A stretch of DNA of 63,548 nucleotides, counting the filler, from Octopus bimaculoides (taxonomy: Eukaryota), in assembly GCF_001194135.2 (NCBI RefSeq). It is 4 parts of 4 records of this genome, joined end to end, with 100 filler letters (N's around TTAATTAATTAA, not from the genome) between each part and the next. Parts side by side here need not be neighbours in the genome. Positions count along the whole stretch, not along the records: positions 1 to 27,289 come from NC_068981.1; positions 27,390 to 52,588 come from NC_068986.1; 2 more parts are not named here. One strand, written 5' to 3'. The notes under the pieces were generated by a model. The model did not search any database, was not told the origin of the DNA, and saw only the letters and a list, made by a program, of their open reading frames with translations. A program made the position numbers and the translations under genes. Below are positions 24,753 to 37,764 of the stretch, piece after piece; position 1 is the stretch's first letter; each line of letters begins with the position of its first letter.

Positions 24753-25194
24753 TATATTTATTAATCCTTTATATTATAGCTAAGAACAATAGCCTTCTTA
24801 AATCCATTTATCCAATTTTATCCATTAACATTTCATTGCAAGTCTATTTATTAATTAGCTGTCGGCACAAATGAAGCAAGCCTGCCTATTTAGCGCTGCC
24901 TTTCAATAAGACCTTCGTTAATTTGTTTAATTTGAAGTTTATTATAGGAAAAGAGCAAACACTAAATCATCGAACTGGAATTGATAGTTTGTAGTGTGTC
25001 TAATTTAAAGTGTGTTGGATCTCCTGAGTATTCTAAGTAAGCGAATCGACCTTAAAATTCCCAAACCATTCATAAATTAAAGGCAAATAAAGTAATATTA
25101 CAATAAAGTTGTATTTAATACAGGGTCCATGAAAATGTGGGGGTTCGTAGTTTAGTTTAGTGATTTTGTCACATGGTCTTCGTTGGTAGTTCAC

Positions 25195-25557
25195 AATTGG
25201 TTCCAAATTTTGGCACAATGCCAGCAATTTCGGGGAGGGGTTAAGTCGATTACATCCACCCCAGGATTCAGCTGGTACTTATTTTATCGACCCCGAAAGG
25301 ATAAAAGTAAAGTCGACCTCGGCGGAATTTGAACTCAGCATTTCGTCCGGCATGCTAACGATTCTTCCAGCTCGCAACGCTCTGGTAGTTCACAACATTA
25401 GTTAAGCTATCGACTTAACTGGTACTTATTTTATCGACCCCGAAAGGATGAAAAGCAAAGTCGACCTCGGCAGAATTTGACCTCAGAACGTAAAAACGGA
25501 CGAAATACTTAGCAATTATTCGTCCGGCATGCTAACGATTCTGCCGGCTCACCGCCT
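25195..25557 (-). mobile_element. Two tandem family M SINEs
   Basis: Repeated ggtacttattttatcgaccccgaaagg...gtcgacctcggc. Confidence 0.8.
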
Positions 25558-26321
25558 TCCAGTAGTTCGCATTATTAGGCCGGTTGCGCATGAAGGCAAA
25601 AACNNNNNNNNNNNNNNNNNNNNNNNNNNNNNNNNNNNNNNNNNNNNNNNNNNNNNNNNNNNNNNNNNNNNNNNNNNNNNNNNNNNNNNNNNNNNNNNNN
25701 NNNNNNNNNNNNNNNNNNNNNNNNNNNNNNNNNNNNNNNNNNNNNNNNNNNNNNNNNNNNNNNNNNNNNNNNNNNNNNNNNNNNNNNNNNNNNNNNNNNN
25801 NNNNNNNNNNNNNNNNNNNNNNNNNNNNNNNNNNNNNNNNNNNNNNNNNNNNNNNNNNNNNNNNNNNNNNNNNNNNNNNNNNNNNNNNNNNNNNNNNNNN
25901 NNNNNNNNNNNNNNNNNNNNNNNNNNNNNNNNNNNNNNNNNNNNNNNNNNNNNNNNNNNNNNNNNNNNNNNNNNNNNNNNNNNNNNNNNNNNNNNNNNNN
26001 NNNNNNNNNNNNNNNNNNNNNNNNNNNNNNNNNNNNNNNNNNNNNNNNNNNNNNNNNNNNNNNNNNNNNNNNNNNNNNNNNNNNNNNNNNNNNNNNNNNN
26101 NNNNNNNNNNNNNNNNNNNNNNNNNNNNNNNNNNNNNNNNNNNNNNNNNNNNNNNNNNNNNNNNNNNNNNNNNNNNNNNNNNNNNNNNNNNNNNNNNNNN
26201 NNNNNNNNNNNNNNNNNNNNNNNNNNNNNNNNNNNNNNNNNNNNNNNNNNNNNNNNNNNNNNNNNNNNNNNNNNNNNNNNNNNNNATATATATATATATA
26301 TATATATATACATACATACAT

Positions 26322-26490
26322 ATATACGACGGGCTTCTTTCAGTTTCTGTCTGCCAAATCCACTCACAAGGCTTTGGTCGGCCCGAGGCTATAGTAGAAG
26401 ACACTTGCCCAAAGTGCTACACAGTGGGACTGAACCCAGAACCATGTGGTTGGTAAGCAAGCTACTTACCATACAGCTACTCCTGTGCCT
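26322..26490 (-). mobile_element. Family C SINE 5' half
   Basis: cgacgggcttctttcagtttc...gacacttgcccaaag. Confidence 0.85.
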
Positions 26491-27249
26491 TATTAATCCA
26501 TATAATTATTGAAAGAACGTTCATGAAATAACGAACAAGAGTGTTAGGACTTTGCTGTAATACTATATGATAGATAAAAGGAGTTCACAGCGAATGAAGA
26601 CGAAATACGAATATAAATCACTGCTTATAATTAAAATCTGTTATCCGACGCTGCAATTAGAAGTTGGGGGTCTTTTGTCGAATACGACATTAACATATTA
26701 AAGGAAAGTGAAAGGTTAGGGAGACCATATTAGAGGACCATGTTAATGACGATATTAAAGGAAAGTGAAAGAGGGGGGAAAGACCAACTCGCTGAGCGAA
26801 GTGACATAGATTCATCTGGAGACGGCTGAGTGGCCCTGGTCTGCCGTTGAATTTGCCAGGTTTTTATAACTGTAAACCACCTTTCTAGAACCTTCGGCAA
26901 AACTGTTTGGCGAGAAAACTCGCACACTTCCTTTGAAGTTTGTCGCGTCAACCATAATAAACCAGCCAATACTGATAGGTCGAACCATATTCACAAAATC
27001 GTTAATGTCGTTTTATGACAACACTTTTCCTTTTATAGTGTTGAGCTGAATAATATGAACGCTGTGGTTGACGACTTAGCACATACACATATTCCCTTTC
27101 TTCCTCCTCCGCTACCTCTGTCACTCTTTCTCACTTTCTGTCAGTGTGTGTGTGTGTGTGTAGCGTTCATTTACTCATTGCTTACCATCAAGCCAAGTAT
27201 GTGTACTCATCCTGCACCTCTTATGTTAACTCCCCTTGAAACTTTCATT

Positions 27250-27289
<40 letters not shown>

Positions 27290-27389
27290 NNNNNNNNNNN
27301 NNNNNNNNNNNNNNNNNNNNNNNNNNNNNNNNNTTAATTAATTAANNNNNNNNNNNNNNNNNNNNNNNNNNNNNNNNNNNNNNNNNNNN

Positions 27390-27409
<20 letters not shown>

Positions 27410-27444
<35 letters not shown>

Positions 27445-27645
27445 ATGTGCGTGTATTTGCGTCTCTGTTTGTCCCCTTACAACATGTTTTGGTGTGTTTC
27501 TGTTCCCATAACTTAGTGGGGACGGAAAGAATAAATAACAAGCTTTAGAAAATAAGTCATGGGGTCGACTTGTTCTGCTAAAACCCTTCAAGGCGGTGCT
27601 GAAGCATAGCCGCACTCAAATCACTGAAACGAGTAAAAGATAAAA
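27410..27645 (+). mobile_element. Family C SINE 3' half, diverged
   Basis: (GT)n..taacttag..ggggtcgact..ggcggtgctgaagcatagccgcactcaaatcactgaaac. Confidence 0.75.
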
Positions 27646-28544
27646 GATCTATAGATCTATTCTTGTATAAGTTGTAAGATATCTATAGATCTATAGATGT
27701 ATTGATATATCATGTATAGAGGTGTAAGGTGTTCATATGATCTATTCATAATAAATCAAATATATAACATCTATCTATCTATCTATCTATCTATTAGTCC
27801 GTCCATCCATCATCCATCGGTCCGTCGGTCCGTCGGTCCGTCTGTGTTGCCACCCTCTATTTATTTATCTAGCTAGCTAACCGTCTATCTACACATTCAT
27901 TAACACACATACATACACGTATACGGTTTTTAATTTGGGTTTAAGTTCGTTTGACGCATTTTAAAGTGTGTAATCGAGGAGAAATTTGAATGCCATGACG
28001 TTCTGATTTTGAAGAAAACCAAACTTTGTTGTTTCTTATTTCTTTATTGCCCACAAGGGGTTAAACATAGAGGGGACAAACAAGGACAGAGAAAGGGATT
28101 GTTTGTTTTTATCCTTGTATACATACATTAGCTATTCCCAAAAGCATCCTGCTCTGGCGCTGTCTAGACGGTGTGGTATCAATGTTTAAAGCGCGAAACC
28201 ACTAAAATGTCTTGGACATTGACTGATGAGAAATCAACTGCGAATTTTCCGTGTATTATGTTTTTGTCTAATCTTCCAATCGCTATGTTTTTGTTAATTT
28301 TCGGTATGTTATATTTTCGTCAAATTTTTCCTTTATATTTCTAAACTTTTCAGGCACATACCTTCGCTTGTCTCTGTGTATTATTTGTTCTTTATTTGCC
28401 TACCTCTTCTTTGCCTCTTTCCATATACTTACTCTTATTGCCTGAGTTTTAAGACTCATGTGAGTGACTGTAAATGAGAGTATGCGCACATGTATGCATA
28501 AAACCCATGTTTATAGACTTAGCCACATAAATAATCATATTGGC

Positions 28545-28598
<54 letters not shown>

Positions 28599-28609
28599 AA
28601 TTATATACA

Positions 28610-29600
28610 TATAATACATACATATATTCACACATATTTACGCGACAAATCCGATTATTCATGTCAACCACGTGGTTGAGATTAATAAACAGATTTGCCT
28701 CGTATTTACGTGTGAATATATGCATGTATTAATATATACGCATGTATTTGAATGGATATGTATACATATTTACATTTATGTACTTTTGGTATATTCTACT
28801 GATGACGGTAAAGTAATAGTATTACTAAACTAGAAATCAGACGATCTAGGATTAACCTAAAATACATATTTTTACTAAATCTCTTTTATTCATTTCCTCG
28901 TTTTCAGCCTTGTTCTAATGGAGCGTAATTTGAAGTAGGTTTTAGAGTCATTTGACTTCTATCTCAAGCATGTAGGTGGTGTTTTTTGGTACCCTTAATT
29001 ATAATTATATCTATATAATTATATATCAGTATTAGTTTTTACCTATAGGGTTTCTATTACATGTTGGCCAATGATAAAATTATTAATTGATTTTATCCTT
29101 AATCATGTATGCATATATGTATTTATCTATTCACTCCGATCCTGATATCTACTGTGGTATTATCTTGATCACATACGCACGTGGTTGAGATGAATAATCG
29201 GATTTGTCTCGTATTTACGTGTGAATATATGTATATTTTAATATATATGCATATATTTGTATGGGTATGTATATATATTTACATTTATTTACTCTTAGTA
29301 TATTCTGCTGATTGCGGTAAAGTAATACTATTACTAAACTAGAAATCGGACGATCTAGGATTAACCTAACAAAAAATATTTTTACTAAATTTCTTTTACT
29401 CATTTCCTCGCTTTCAGCCTTGTTCTAATAGAATGTAATTTGGTTTGTAGAGCAATTTTACGTCTGTCTCTAGCATGCAGGTGCTGTTTCTCAGTACCCT
29501 TTATTATAATTATATATCTATACTAATTTTTACTTATATGGTTTTTATTACATGCTGGCCACTGATAAGATTATTAATTGATTTTATCCTTATGCATGTA
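28610..29600 (+). mobile_element. Two tandem ~509-bp hammerhead-bearing units preceded by an inverted partial copy (PLE pseudo-LTR/retrozyme-like)
   Basis: 28669-29120 aligns with 29179-29600; palindrome centred on caaccacgtggttg at about 28671; HHR motifs at 28793-28852 and 29302-29361. Confidence 0.75.
28793..28852 (+). ncRNA. Type-I hammerhead motif
   Basis: AUUCUA-CUGAUGA-CGGU(..AGUAAU AGU AUUACU..)ACUA-GAA-AUC(AGAC)GAU-C/UAGGAU: intact core, 6-bp stem I, 3-bp stem III, AUC triplet; closing pair of stem II is a C.A mismatch. Confidence 0.65.
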
Positions 29601-29689
29601 TGTATGTATGTATGTATGTATGTATGTATGTATGTATGTGTGTATATGTATATATCATTCGCCATGATAGATCGCTAACCACTACACAC

Positions 29690-29850
29690 ATTTTTTTCTC
29701 TCCTTGTTTCTTTCTGTGTTCCTTTTAGTGGAAGAGCGTAGGCTCGAAACGTTAAAGACTTTTTCAATTCCCGAGCGTTATACTAATACATCTATTTGTT
29801 TTTTACACCACCTGTCTTCGTCTATTGTTTTTTTTTTGTGAATTCTCCCT
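29690..29850 (+). mobile_element. Second copy of the short hammerhead-bearing repeat (core decayed)
   Basis: CUUU-UAGUGGA-A-GAGC(GUAG)GCUC-GAAAC-GUU/AAAG at 29722-29757; ends in (TA)n. Confidence 0.65.
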
Positions 29851-30275
29851 ATATATATATATATATATATATATATGCTTTCGGAGCGAATGGTTATATA
29901 TATATGGGAAAATCTTAGCTGCCATTTGCAGTAATGCATGACCTAATAGCTATTATTATGCTTTTGGTAATCATTTCATGTGCTTGTATACCTGAGAGTA
30001 AACACAGACGCTATCTAGGTTAGAGAGTGTCTATGTCTGCTTGATTCCCTTAATTTAGCGGAAAGTCCTACATGTGACTGCCAGAGGAAGGGAAAGCCAC
30101 ACCAGTACTCGGCTGGTACTCTATATTTCAGCTAAGTAGAATGGCAAAACGTAAAATGACGAAATTTTCCAAATGACGCAAAATACCGTCTACTTCAGAA
30201 AACGAACTCACGAACTAATGATCGTGAAACCAATACTGTAACTACTAGGTCGCAAATGTGGTATGCGTACATACT

Positions 30276-30319
<44 letters not shown>

Positions 30320-31489
30320 CTTATCTACCTAGTTATGCATCGTATTATATATTTATATATATATATATATGCATATGTATATATATTATGTATATATATA
30401 TATGTATGTATGTATATATANNNNNNNNNNATATATATATATACATGTATATATATATGTATCGTATGATATATATACATATACATACACATACGTACAT
30501 ATGTATACATACATTCAATATATATATATGTATATGTATGTACATATAAATATATATAAGTGTATATATGTATGTTTCCATATGTGTATGTATGTAGACA
30601 TTAAAACACATGAATATTCTGCGTCTTTTAAAAGATACTCATTTATATTTTCATAGTCTTCAGCTATGTTCAAGAGATGGTCGAGCTTGCTAGAAAATTA
30701 ACGGGCTGTTACACTGCTTACATTTGCGAGATCAAATCACATGAAATCTGCTTCGGCGTTCTATTGATCTGAAGAAGATACTAGCGTCATCTGGTTATAA
30801 GCAATGCGAAACACCTCATTAAAGGTGCACCAATTATTAAAAAAGGAAGAAATGATTCCGAGAGCATAGCATTAATTCTAAATTTATAAGCTGTCGGTAT
30901 TGATTATATATCAATAATATCAAGAGGAGCTGAGCGAACTTTTTGGGAAACTATCAAATGAATGCATAAACATTCTCTTCAAAACAAATATACAATAAAG
31001 AGATTGAACATATACTCACAAAAATATATATGTAAAAAAAAAACAAACAAAAAATAGTAGACATAGGCATACTATGAAACGTATGCACCTAAATATATAC
31101 GAAAAACATAACGTTACCTTTCCTTGCCAATCTAAACAGGCTTTTGTATATATATATATATATATATATATATNNNNNNNNNNNNNNNNNNNNNNNNNNN
31201 NNNNNNNNNNNNNNNNNNNNNNNNNNNNNNNNNNNNNNNNNNNNNNNNNNNNNNNNNNNNNNNNNNNNNNNNNNNNNNNNNNNNNNNNNNNNNNNNNNNN
31301 NNNNNNNNNNNNNNNNNNNNNNNNNNNNNNNNNNNNNNNNNNNNNNNNNNNNNNNNNNNNNNNNNNNNNNNNNNNNNNNNNNNNNNNNNNNNNNNNNNNN
31401 NNNNNNNNNNNNNNNNNNNNNNNNNNNNNNNNNNNNNNNNNNNNNNNNNNNNNNNNNNNNNNNNNNNNNNNNNTATATATATATATGTG

Positions 31490-31565
<76 letters not shown>

Positions 31566-32087
31566 CATACATATGTATCTTTATATATTTATATGCATAT
31601 ACATGATGTGTATATGTATTTACTCATGTTTCTATGTATGTGTATGCATATTTGTTTAAAGACATACACATACGTCGCACGTGCACAAAAGCGTATATGG
31701 TCAACTATATTACAAACCAATCTTCCGATCACATAAATCTGCACACAACTTTACCAGCACACCGAAAACCAAACTCAGTTAGTTACAGAAGACACACACA
31801 CACACACGCGCGCGCGCGCGGGCACACACATACATAAATACACACTTACAGACATACCCTAAGCGTGCATAAACAGAAGCACGCAACCAGAAGCACGTTA
31901 TCAAGCATACCGTGTTTACACATACGCCGATACACGCTGCTTCAACTCAAACACATTCAGTTAAATACGACGTGCGCAACAGTACTAAATGTACACACCA
32001 TTATGCACATAGGTTTTATTAATACACATGCAAAAACAAGTACACGGATACCAAAAAATACACGCAGAGAAATACACGCCTCACACA

Positions 32088-32167
<80 letters not shown>

Positions 32168-32740
32168 TATGCTCAGGTAACTATATTTTTTCTAGTTGGA
32201 AGTAAAATGTATAACTTGTATTATCGACAACTCTTATCAGTGGATCAAAATGGTGACTAGTAAGAACAGAGCGCGAAAGCAGACATTTTGTAACGGAACA
32301 GATTTGTCTATAATTTCTGGTGGTGAATGAAGGGATAAAATGTGTGAAAATGCATTAATAGAAATAGTTGTGTGTATGTGTGTATACTTGTGAGTGTGAC
32401 TGAGGGCAAGAGAGAAAAAGGGAGAGATAGAGAAAGCGAGAAATTAAGAAATAAGAAGGGTGAGATAAATATAGTAATAAAACGGTTATTCACTCTGGGA
32501 CTCACTCTGTCTTCATGTCTAATTGTCTACCTACCATCGTACTGCATCACCTCTGGATGTCCTAATGCTTATTTTGATTTTATTCACCTTATTTTGAAAC
32601 TGTACGAATAATTCCGCACTAATTTTTGGTGCCTCAACTTATGTGCCTAATTCAATTGAATCTCAATTATTTTGCTTATATAAATATATATAGGTATATA
32701 TGCGTATGTGTGTGTATATATATATATATATGCATATATG

Positions 32741-32785
<45 letters not shown>

Positions 32786-33252
32786 GTGTGGTGTGTGTCT
32801 ATATAAGCGCTATCATTTCAAGCTAGACATGTCGGAAGCTAGTTTGTATTTCATCCTCTCAAGGCCGATATAATTGTACTAATCCAGCATAGTCGATTGG
32901 AGGACCTATAAAAACAGAATGTTTTGCAGCGTTTGTTCTGGCTTTTTGCGCTCTTAGTTCAAACCCCATCATTGCCTACTTGGACGCTAAGCTTATATAT
33001 GATGGTCTATTATTTGTATTATATTTGTTCAAATACTTTTTAATTACTAAAACCCTGAGGTTTACACGTATTTGCATAATATGCATAATGATATCTTCAA
33101 TTCACAGTGTACACCGAAACACCCGTAAAGATACATGTGGTTATATCATGTAAAATTATTTAGCAGCTCATGTAAATATATTCCATAAACTTATGATCTC
33201 TATTAATATATACATACTTATGCACACACACACACACACACACAATACATGT

Positions 33253-33282
<30 letters not shown>

Positions 33283-33286
<4 letters not shown>

Positions 33287-33508
33287 GAGAGAAAAGGATA
33301 AAGAGAACAATGAAAAAGTTAGCAGTATATTTTATGGATAAAGTCTTACAGCTGTTTCAGGGAAAATCCAATGTATTCCTTCAATGTATCCCTTCTTCTG
33401 TCTCCGATGAAGCGATACATTGGAATTTCCCTGAAACAGCTGTAAGACTTTATCCATAAAATATACTGCTAACTTTGCCATTGTTCTCTTTATCCTTTTC
33501 TCTCTTTA
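33283..33508. mobile_element. 226-bp foldback of two head-to-head minimal hammerhead units
   Basis: Arms are reverse complements; plus-strand motif at 33400-33448 GUCU-CCGAUGA-AGCGA(..)UCCCU-GAAAC-AGCU-GUA/AGAC. Confidence 0.75.
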
Positions 33509-35487
33509 TGCATACACACGCTAATACACGACCTATGTTATAATCCTCACTCTTGTTTATAAAACGAATGGGGCAAAACTAGCCGGTATACAGCACTTAC
33601 TCGTTATTACCTGTATCTTTGGGCTTTGTTGAATCCAATACCATTCTTAACCTTATATATATATATATACATATACATACATATTTCTATATATATATAT
33701 ATATATGTATATATGCGTATCTCTGTATATATGTCAATTTTTCTAATTATCCTGTTCACTTTATGTCTATTCCTCTCGACACAGTCTATCTGACTTAAGT
33801 TACCTTCTGTATATACAATCTATACTTACACTATTAATAGCCTGTTAATTTCCATCGAGCTCAGTCATCCTTGTTATATAAAAGCTGGTTACTAGAGTGA
33901 TCAGTAATATCAGCTGGTGGCCTGCATTTTGACTGGAGTTGCACAGTGTTTTAAAAGCGGACAGTCTCATCATTGATGATGTATATTTGGGACAGGAAAC
34001 TGAATTTTTCTCTAATGGGAGAAATTCCACCATAATATCTTATTATTTATACAGATACTTGACTTTTTAGCGTAGCTGTAATATAGCTGCTGATCTATAA
34101 TTAAGGCACAAACACGACTGTCTCAGAAATAGACAATAATATCATTGCTGAATTATATTTTGGACAAGATAACAATTTCATCTCTATTTAGAACAGTATA
34201 ATATCAGATGTTTTATCGTTTGGACAGACTCTTATTTTGGACAGGAACCTGACTTGGACGCTAGAATGACCGACAATATATCCTCTAGTGACAAACACTG
34301 AGGAAAGGAGCACTGGTGCTCTACACTTGGTACTCTATAGTTTAGACAGTCTGTGTCATGGATAGAGCAAACGATTTTCAACTGTATCCTATTATTTAAA
34401 GAGGAAACTGGCTGTATTCCTAATCTAAGCTGCAACATCACTGGTGACCTGTACCCGGGTCAAGAACATGACGGTGTCACAAGAGAAAGAACATAACTGG
34501 AGTCGTATGACTTGGCTCTGATTCGTAAATACTGTTTATGATAATGGCTAAAAAGGATCTGATTTGTGATTTTTTATTTAGTTAGTGGTTAGGCCAATGG
34601 CCTTTGATTAATATTGACATAAAAATATTATCTGGTCTCAACAATGGTTTCATTAGTGAGTTCATAATGAGACTTACGTACAAGTTAAACTATAATTCAC
34701 ATGGTACAAACGATTTAAATTTCGTCCCTTAGGATTGCTGACCCAAAGTCTTGAGTCATATAACATTTGACCAGTAAATCAGATTCATATGAATGTTAAC
34801 TGTTATAGTAGACTATACGACAAACTGGACTAAATCTGAAATATGAATGTAAACCTAATATGACTGTTGATCTATAGTTTAAAGACGTATAATCGTTAGT
34901 TGACCCCCAAACTTGGACAGATTTTACCACTGAACCAGAGAGAAGCCTCAGATGACCATTCACCTATATAATCTATGATCAAATCCAATACAGATGTTGT
35001 CAACCAGATCTTCCTTTTCAAATATATTGTATCTAGAGTTACGTTATCTAACGTGTCTTTGTTTAAGACAGTAGAAAATATTTTGCTTTTATTTCTACTA
35101 AGTGGGGTAGTTACGACGAGTTTTCGTCATTGAACTAAGTCATGTGAAAGTTTACTTGAAGCTTGGACAATTGACCAGTATTGTTGTCTTCCTATTGCCT
35201 GTCCTCATAATATGTCATCTCAGTTCAATAATTTCGGAGTCGATACATATAAATCAATATGTTTTGTCCAATCAGAGACCAACGCTTGCTTACCTAACTG
35301 GTTCGACTGGTTTCTACAGGTTATTTGAAACACTACTACTACTACTACTACTACTACTACCACTACCACTACTGCCGCTGCCGCTGCTGCTGCTGCTACA
35401 TTTAGATCACTCTCCCTCCTCACTAAATTATGATAATTGCTATTGTTAACATAACAATTAATAATGATCATATGGTACACATGTCCG

Positions 35488-35564
<77 letters not shown>

Positions 35565-35566
<2 letters not shown>

Positions 35567-35805
35567 GGTATTGACCGGACAATCGGATGTTGTTATACAT
35601 CGCTGGTCACTATGCGTCTCGCATTATTTCAGCTTTCGAATGATGCCACGCAGCTAGCTTGCGGAAGATTTTTCTGTCGCAGGGTTACCTATTTACAGCA
35701 GTGGACTGGAGCAACGTGAAATGCACGCGCTGCCTGCTCAGGGAATCGAACCCACGATCTAGTAATCGCGAGTGCAACACTCTAACCACTACGCGACGTG
35801 CCTTG
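35565..35805 (-). mobile_element. CORE-like tRNA SINE (OR-like), internally deleted
   Basis: Minus-strand A box gtagtggttagag and B box gggttcgattcc; related copies at about 37105-37420, 39935-40228 and 5200-5330. Confidence 0.7.
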
Positions 35806-35917
35806 TCATATATATATATATACATGAACACATATATGTGATTGCGTATATGATATAAAGATACATGTACATATATATATGTTTATGGATGCATGTATGT
35901 ATGTGCACATACACACT

Positions 35918-35954
<37 letters not shown>

Positions 35955-36244
35955 TGTAACTATTCAATCATTATGGAAACTGTGACCGGTGAGAAATTCT
36001 CCCTATGGATGATGCGCGTAAAATCTCCCCGCGCTGGGCTATGACTGGCGCAATCGGACTTTAGGATACGTAGTTTGGAACCTTATTGAGCTTCATCAAC
36101 CACATACACCGAATACGCTGTTCATATCCCTCTAAGAATTAGCATTTTTATATCTAAACACCAATTTTTTTCAGAAACCCGTATGTATATTCGGACAGTG
36201 GCAATCAGCAAGGAAATACGTAATACTATTCTTTTCTAGATCAA

Positions 36245-36398
36245 CCCTAGTACGCAACTGGTACTTGATTTATCAACCCCGAAAAGATGAATGGTAAAGT
36301 CGACCTCGGCAGAATTTGAACTCAGAACGTAAAGACAGACGAAATACCGCCAAGCATTTCGCCCGGCGTGTTAACGTTTCTGCCAGCTCGCCGCCTTC
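36245..36398 (-). mobile_element. Family M SINE
   Basis: Well-conserved head gaaggcggcgagctggcagaaacgttaacacgccgggcg on the minus strand. Confidence 0.85.
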
Positions 36399-36469
36399 AA
36401 ATACGTAATACTATTGTTGTATATGTAGGAGTAGTTCTACAAATTAATCCAGTGAATGGCGGGAATAGT

Positions 36470-36862
36470 TTCTTTATCTTTCTTTAATCTGTTACTTGTT
36501 TCAGTTTTCGGAGTGCGGCCATGCTGGAACACCACTTTGAAGGTTTTAGTTAAGCAAATTGCCCCTCGCCACTTCATGTTTATTTTTAAGTGTGCGTTTT
36601 GTTCTATCAGCCTCTTTTGCCGAATCGCTAACTTACAGCGACTAATTAAATCAACACCGGTTATCAAACGATGATGGTGGTGGTGGTGGTAGGGCAAATA
36701 CATCATACACACAAAGAGACACATATACAGATACGCGCACACAGACACACAGACAGACCACACACGCACATATACACACACATGTATGTATGCATGTATG
36801 TATGTATGTATGTATGTATGTATGTATGTATGTATGTATATGTATGTATGTATGTATGTATG

Positions 36863-36894
<32 letters not shown>

Positions 36895-37072
36895 TGAATG
36901 TATGTGCGTACGGCGGGCGCCTCTCAGTTTTTCGTCAACCAAATGAACTAGCAAGGTTTTTGGTAGCCTGGGGCTGCCTGGAGCTATAGTAGAAGTCACT
37001 TGTCCATGGTGCCGCACTGTAGAAATCAACTCTAAACTACATATTTAGAAAGCAAATCCTCACAGCCACGCC
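36470..37072 (-). mobile_element. Family C SINE with expanded internal (CA)n/(TATG)n
   Basis: Tail at 36470-36680, head at 36905-37072. Confidence 0.8.
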
Positions 37073-37764
37073 AGTTTGAAGTTTTCAAAAAATAAAAAAA
37101 TCGATCACCAAAAACTGGCACTCTGTTAGTTATGATGACGAGGGTTCTAGTTGATCCGATCAACGGAACAGCGTGAAATTAACGTGCAAGTGGCTGAGTA
37201 CTCTACAGACACGTGCACGCTTAACTCATTTCTCAGAGAGATCTCAGCTCCAATTGTAATTTACACAACTTTTGCGTTGTCTCATTGAATAATCACCGTA
37301 GTGATCTGGCTATCAGATGTGGTTATACATTCCCCAGAGAGATCCAACATGACATAGGATGTGACAAGGCTGGTCGTTTGAAATACAGGTACTACTCATT
37401 TCTGCCAGCTGAGTCCACTGAGCTTTCACCTCACATATACTCTACAAACAGAGCAATAAACATATATAAGTCTTAAAACACTAAACACGTTTCCTTATGT
37501 CCTCTTTGGGTCGACGAAGAGCATTCATAGCGATACATCGGCTTGGGCTCTCTCCATTCATTGTTTGACAGAGTTATGTCATTTTATGTTGTTCGCTGCT
37601 TTTTCGTGTGTAAATTCCTCAGGCAAAATGGATTTATATTTCTCAAAATACCATTTTCGTCGAGTTGGCTTGTGTCGAGGTGTTTAGTGTGGCCTACTAT
37701 GGTAAAAGATGAAATGTTGTCGTTGTCAGTGTTCACGTTACAGTTCATAGTATTTATTGTATGT

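Noticed and set aside
25195-25557. Regularly repeated blocks resembling an array or CRISPR
   Set aside because: Tandem truncated SINE copies; no constant repeat-spacer periodicity, and the context is eukaryotic.
27334-27345. TTAATTAATTAA islands inside N runs (also 52633-52644 and 62430-62441)
   Set aside because: The same 12-mer sits centred in an N run at all three sites (44 N + 12 bp + 44 N = 100 bp at the site counted): an artificial scaffold linker, not biology.
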